NCBI RefSeq assembly: GCF_006345805.1
Contig: NW_021835056.1
Location: 1 to 42,899, forward strand
Direction of reading: 5' to 3'
DNA length: 42,899 nt
Origin: Octopus sinensis
Lineage: Eukaryota
Under the pieces are notes generated by a model. The model did no database searches. It was not told where the DNA came from and saw only the letters and a program-made list of their open reading frames with translations. Each line of letters begins with the position of its first letter. The first letter of the stretch is position 1. Both the position numbers and the translations under genes were made by a program. Shown here piece by piece: positions 37,538-42,899 of this stretch.

Positions 37538-37765
37538 CTATATATTATATATATAGTATGTATATATATATATATGTATACATATATACATATATATATA
37601 TATGTATGTATATATATATATATGTATACATATATACATATATATAATATATATATATTATATAATATTGTATAGTATATATATATATATATATATATAT
37701 AGTATATACATATACATTTGTTGTGCAATATTTTTTTATGTGGACGTCGTGTGTTGAAAACAATA

Positions 37766-38513
37766 TGTTATATTTCGGAATGGTCATTTTGTCAGTTTAG
37801 CCAATGAAAACACACGCACTATATATTTGGTGTTATTTTGCTTCAGTGTTATTTATTTTTTACATTAATCTTAATCTTATTTCGGCCAGAGTTCTTAAGG
37901 AAGGCAAAAGCTCTTCGATTCTGTACCAACACGCCGAACAGGAACACGGGGGATCAATCAACAACATAGAAGTTAAAATCTTGTCCACACATAGAACAGA
38001 TGCAACAATCAGACAAATTACAGAAGCTACATACATAATATAAGATAACCCAGCCTGAATAGGAAACTGGAATGGAACACTAGCACCCACCACAACATAT
38101 GACGATAGAGGATCCCCATAAACTGGTTACAATATAAACAAAACCGAAAACATAATAAATAAAATACACAGATAAATAAACAAAGAGAAATAAATAACTA
38201 TATAAGTTTTTTTTTGTTTAATTTAAAAGATTTTTTTATTTATCATTATTATTATTACTAGTATTGTTGTTATACATACATACAAGCATACGTAATGATA
38301 ATAATAAGTGGATGTAAACACATGGACAAAATAAGAAAGAAGCAAATAAAGGACCACTGATGCGGTCACAGGAGTGTGACGAAAGAACTCTGGCCGAAAT
38401 AAGATTAAGATTAATGTAAAAAATAAATAACACTGAAGCAAAATAACACCAAATATATAGTGCGTGTGTTTTTATTGGCTAAACTGGCAAAATGACCATT
38501 CCGAAATATAACA
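37766..38513 (+). mobile_element. Penelope-like element remnant: GIY-YIG C-terminus between inverted terminal repeats
   Basis: Peptide SILYQHAEQEHGGSINNIEVKILSTHRTDATIRQITEATYI at 37897-38040; 131-bp inverted repeat 37766-37896 vs 38383-38513; hammerhead-like motif in the 3' repeat. Confidence 0.7.
38351..38395 (+). ncRNA. Variant or degenerate minimal hammerhead motif in the Penelope-like repeat
   Basis: CCA CUGAUGC G GUCAC-aggagu-GUGAC GAAA G-AA-CU C UGG; A9 is C and there is an extra G. Confidence 0.4.
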
Positions 38514-38532
38514 ATATATACATATATGTATA

Positions 38533-38608
<76 letters not shown>

Positions 38609-38627
38609 CTATATATACATACATACA

Positions 38628-38665
<38 letters not shown>

Positions 38666-39150
38666 CGTATATATGTATATATATTTATACAGACATCAGA
38701 TATCCATACATATATATATAATTATCATAATTTAGCTTTTCTAATAGACACAGAAAAATAAATATAAGGCTGCAGGTAGAATGATCAAATAAAACCGAGA
38801 GAAAGAAAATGAATTCAAAATGTATTCAAAATGAATACAATCAACAAACGTCCTAGTTGGTTAAACGACTTTATAGTAACCTCATGTCATCACAATATTG
38901 AAGATAAATACATATTAAAACACCAGGGCATTCAACATATAAATCCTCAAAGAATAAAAGTATTTATATATATATATCGATATACAAAATGTGATAAAAT
39001 CTGCAAAGCCAATATAGATAGAATCGTATGAGGCAAAATCACTTGGAGTAAATCTATGCATATAATCGGCGACTAAAATGTTGAAAACGATAAAAATTAA
39101 ACAATATTAAGATATAAGACGAAAAACCAGAAAAATGTATATTCAGAGTT

Positions 39151-39246
39151 AATTTCTACGGCCGTTTCAAAATACATCGTCAAATTTCAATAATGCATCA
39201 AACATTAGGGAACCAAACAGACAATAGCCCTTTCATCAGGAAAATT
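39151..39246 (-). ncRNA. Type I hammerhead ribozyme with intact core
   Basis: Minus: AAUUUUC CUGAUGA AAGG..long stem II..UUUU GAAA CGGCCGU A GAAAUU; palindromic ACGGCCGU stem III; GUA triplet. Confidence 0.8.
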
Positions 39247-40991
39247 CTATTGAAGTATATTTCACTTCGTGGTTGTCTGACCTCCGAATAGATATTTTCT
39301 AGTGTCTTGTATTTTTAATATTATTTTTTATGCGTTTCAACCTTTTATATGCATAAAATTATGCATAAATTTATTCCATGTTTCTTTTTCCTTCTATGAT
39401 CCCATTTATATTGCCCTTGCAGGTTTCATCACCTTTTGCATATATATATATTATTTTTTTTTGTCTTATGGCTTTGGGATTGATATGTTAAAAGCCTTAG
39501 TGTTTTGATATATATTTATGTTCAATAATGTGTGCTGAATTTTCTTGAGAACAATCTTTTCTTAGAGGTCAGACCATATGGGGTCTACACCTAGGATAAT
39601 GGATGTCCACTTAGTGGTCATCCCTCTTATATATATGTAATATAATTTTTCTGAATCTTCAGATTTATCAATATGCTAGGCAAATGGTTTGAAATTGATA
39701 TTATAATTCAAATTAATATTCAATTTTCACCTTTTTATTTAAATTCATATATAATATATATATATATATATAATATATATATATATATGTATGTATGTAT
39801 GTATATATATTATATATATATATGTATGTATGTATGTATGATGTATGTATGTAAGTATGTATGTGTAATTATTGGCATCATATCTAGAGTGAAATGAATG
39901 TAAGGTGTAAGGTAACACTGGTTTTAACGCGAGTCTCTGAAATATAAACAAGTATAAACCAATATTAATATTGTCTTCATACACAGAAAGAGAAAATGAC
40001 GATCTCGATATGATTGCTGACTGGTTATGCTACCAGTCAGTTAAAAATAATCTGATATTCTTCTGTGGTCGACGACTATTCATGTCAATTGCTTTTTAAG
40101 TCACGCACAACCCGGGATGTTTTGAACAAACTACACAAATATACCGAGCATTCATTGTAAGTTCTTTATGAATAACCAGCGTGTATTTCGCATAGTTTGT
40201 GTACTGATGCTATAGCCTACTCTGCAGAATATCAAGCGATATAAATTATCTCCTTATATTTTTACCACACTAAAAGTAAAGAGGATTGTTTTCTGACAAG
40301 TTTCCGTGCTAGTTGGCTACTTCTCAGATGAAAATTTCCCTTGGATATTTTAACGTACAAAACTCATTATAATCTCTATCTATATTCTTTATGATCTTGT
40401 ATAATAAAGGCGTAACTATGTACACTTTCATATTCTTGCTTTCCATTACATTTGGTCCCAATGCTATCTGTACGAAAAATATTTATCACTTGTTAAATTG
40501 CAACAACGTTGAATGATCGGCATGCATATGGAACTAGATATTTGAAGTACCTTCTGGTTTGTGTTTAATTTAAACAGCGTTTGCTTTAAAAACAATATGG
40601 TGGATTTTCAATTTTGAACACCATTCGATATTCTTCAAATAGAGTAAAGGTACCTCAGTAAACATAAATTATGGCGTGCTTCGTTAATACGGCAATAAAA
40701 ATGTGATAAAAATATGTTAATGCGATGATAATCAACATTAGTGATTTCAAAATAATAATTTTCATATACATGTGATATATGATTTTTTAAAGTTTTACGA
40801 TTTTAGTTTTTTAATCTTTTTTATCTATTAAATTTTTCTCGCAGCTTTCAAGACTCAGACAACTCATGATCGAGCTGGCAATAGTGTTCGGCTTTCAACT
40901 TCAATAATAATGTTACTGCAATCATGAAATGAAATTGCAAACTGCTTAACGTGGTATAAAATATAAATGCCATGCACACAGAACGGTATTT

Positions 40992-41022
<31 letters not shown>

Positions 41023-41224
41023 GATATATATATATATATATATATCATAAATTAAGATTTTATTATTGATATAAAAATTATAATATAATTGGCCAGCAAC
41101 CATAAAAACCATAAAGGTACGTATATAAATTCATAATTAAAGGTACAATACAGTACCAATGTTGCTAGAAATAAGAGTCAAAAATACACAAAAATGCCAC
41201 AATATCGCTGAAAATTTTCGTCAG

Positions 41225-41630
41225 CTTTACTCTTTTATTGTTTCAGTTATTTGACAGCGGCCATGCTGGAGCACCACTTTTAGTCGATCATATCGACCCC
41301 AGAACTTATTCCTGGTAAGCTTAGTACTTATTCTATCGGTCTCTTTTTGCCGAACCACTAAGTTACGGGGACGTAAACACAACAGCATCGGTTGTCAAGC
41401 GATGTTGGGGGAACAAAAACAGACGCACAAACATATACACACACATACATTATATATATATATATGCATATATGCGCCGGGCTTCTTTCAGTTTCCGTCT
41501 ACCGAATCCACTCACAAGTTTTTGGTCGGCCCGAGGCTATAGTAGAAGACAAATGCCCAAGGTGCCACGCAGTGGGACTGAACCAGGAACCATGCGGTTG
41601 GTAAGCAAGCTACTTACCACACAGCCACTC
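41225..41630 (-). mobile_element. SINE family A
   Basis: Reverse complement of the 4445 and 18177 copies. Confidence 0.9.
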
Positions 41631-41726
41631 AGGAAATATTGTATTTTTTAGTATATATATATATGCACACACATATATACATATATATGCACATACACAT
41701 ACGTATATACGTATATGTATATATAG

Positions 41727-41759
<33 letters not shown>

Positions 41760-42899
41760 GTGTGTATGTGTGTGTGTTTATGAACTCACACACCCATGTG
41801 TGTTTGCATGCATCCTAATCAGTTGAAAATGAAGCTGCGATATTATTTTGTTAAATTTCATTTAAATTATAATAATTTATTTTATAAATTGCCCTCCACA
41901 TTAGCATATAAATCTACTACAACTGCAACACGGCAGCACTCGCCTTTTGTTTCTCATCTGTTTGTTCTTCTATTTCCAACTTTGTTATACATTAATGTTG
42001 TTAACTATTTTTATTCTGCATCAGAGAGCACAGAACAACGACGATACAGAATCGTCTGAATTACCCTCTTACCCTTTGTCTGCGAAACTGATTTGGTTCC
42101 CCCTATCGTTACCTTCAATCTGATTAAACTATTTACCTTTGGGGTTCTTCATTTGTCCTCTTAATCTTGATGAAAACATGAAAGAGATATATTTTCTTAG
42201 TCTTTTTTTGTTGGTTTAAAATTTTTATTATACTATTTCTTTTTTCATTTTTTTTTTTTTAAAGATTGTATTTATTTCTTCCGTCCTTCTTTTCTTGCTC
42301 GCTACCTCAAATGCGCTCTTCGTTTCGCTCTCTTTCTCATTCTTTCTCCTCCTATTTTCTTTTATTTCTTCCTCGTTTGCTTTCTTTCTTTCCGAAAAAA
42401 TCAATTTCTCCAACAGAATCTAGGGAAATAACGAAACACGAAGCTCTGTTGTACATCAACGTTTTTCAATTAATTGTTATCTTGTCGAACGTTTACAATG
42501 AGAAAATTACACTTTAAACTTCCCCTCTGTAAAACCTTCGCCATCTTCACTCATTTATTGGCAATAAAATCAAAAACTATTTATCTTTCAGCACTACAGA
42601 ACATTAAATTATAAAATAAAGTGATTTCCATTTTCTCATATTTTTCTTGTGTGAGTAAATTTTTTTTAGGAAAAAACTAAAAAACAATATTACTTATTTT
42701 AAGTATTTTTTTCTTTGTAAAATTTTCATGCAAATTGTATAAAGACATTAAAAACAGCTTAAACTATTTATGTCCCTTAAGAGGGTGATGAGTTTAAATG
42801 TATAAAAACATGATTTAAAAAAGACTGATATATAACAACAGTAATAAAAATAAGAATACTGTTTAATGTGTACGTGAAGTCGTCGAGGTAAGAATGTTC

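Noticed and set aside
39980-42200. Several isolated splice-like signals (40100-40160, 40845, 42135-42165)
   Set aside because: They do not chain into a consistent reading frame; such motifs are common by chance in AT-rich DNA.

Overview
This is a eukaryotic, AT-rich window dominated by microsatellites and transposable elements. I found no confidently supportable protein-coding gene, so it is most likely a large intron or intergenic DNA. The tRNA-derived SINE families and the microsatellite load look like an octopus (cephalopod) genome; that is inferred from recalled repeat sequences, not from a database search. Identifiable contents: about 25 SINE copies from four head/tail module types; decayed fragments of an L1/Tx1-type LINE (6.3-8.1 kb), a Helitron Rep/helicase (14.5-16.7 kb), an R4/Dong-type element sitting in a (TAA)n tract (18.6-19.6 kb), a short RTE-like 3' end inserted into a SINE (31.0 kb) and a Penelope-like element with an inverted terminal repeat (37.8-38.5 kb); and a ~1.6 kb tandem duplication (31.9-35.1 kb). 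Two things stand out. First, five unrelated type I hammerhead-ribozyme-like motifs: one has an intact catalytic core and a perfectly palindromic stem III (39151-39246, minus), two are near-canonical and two are decayed. Second, there are repeated local inverted duplications anchored on microsatellites. Nearly all ORFs in the supplied track are microsatellite or antisense artefacts. Repeat boundaries are approximate (read by eye), and family names rest on recalled motifs.
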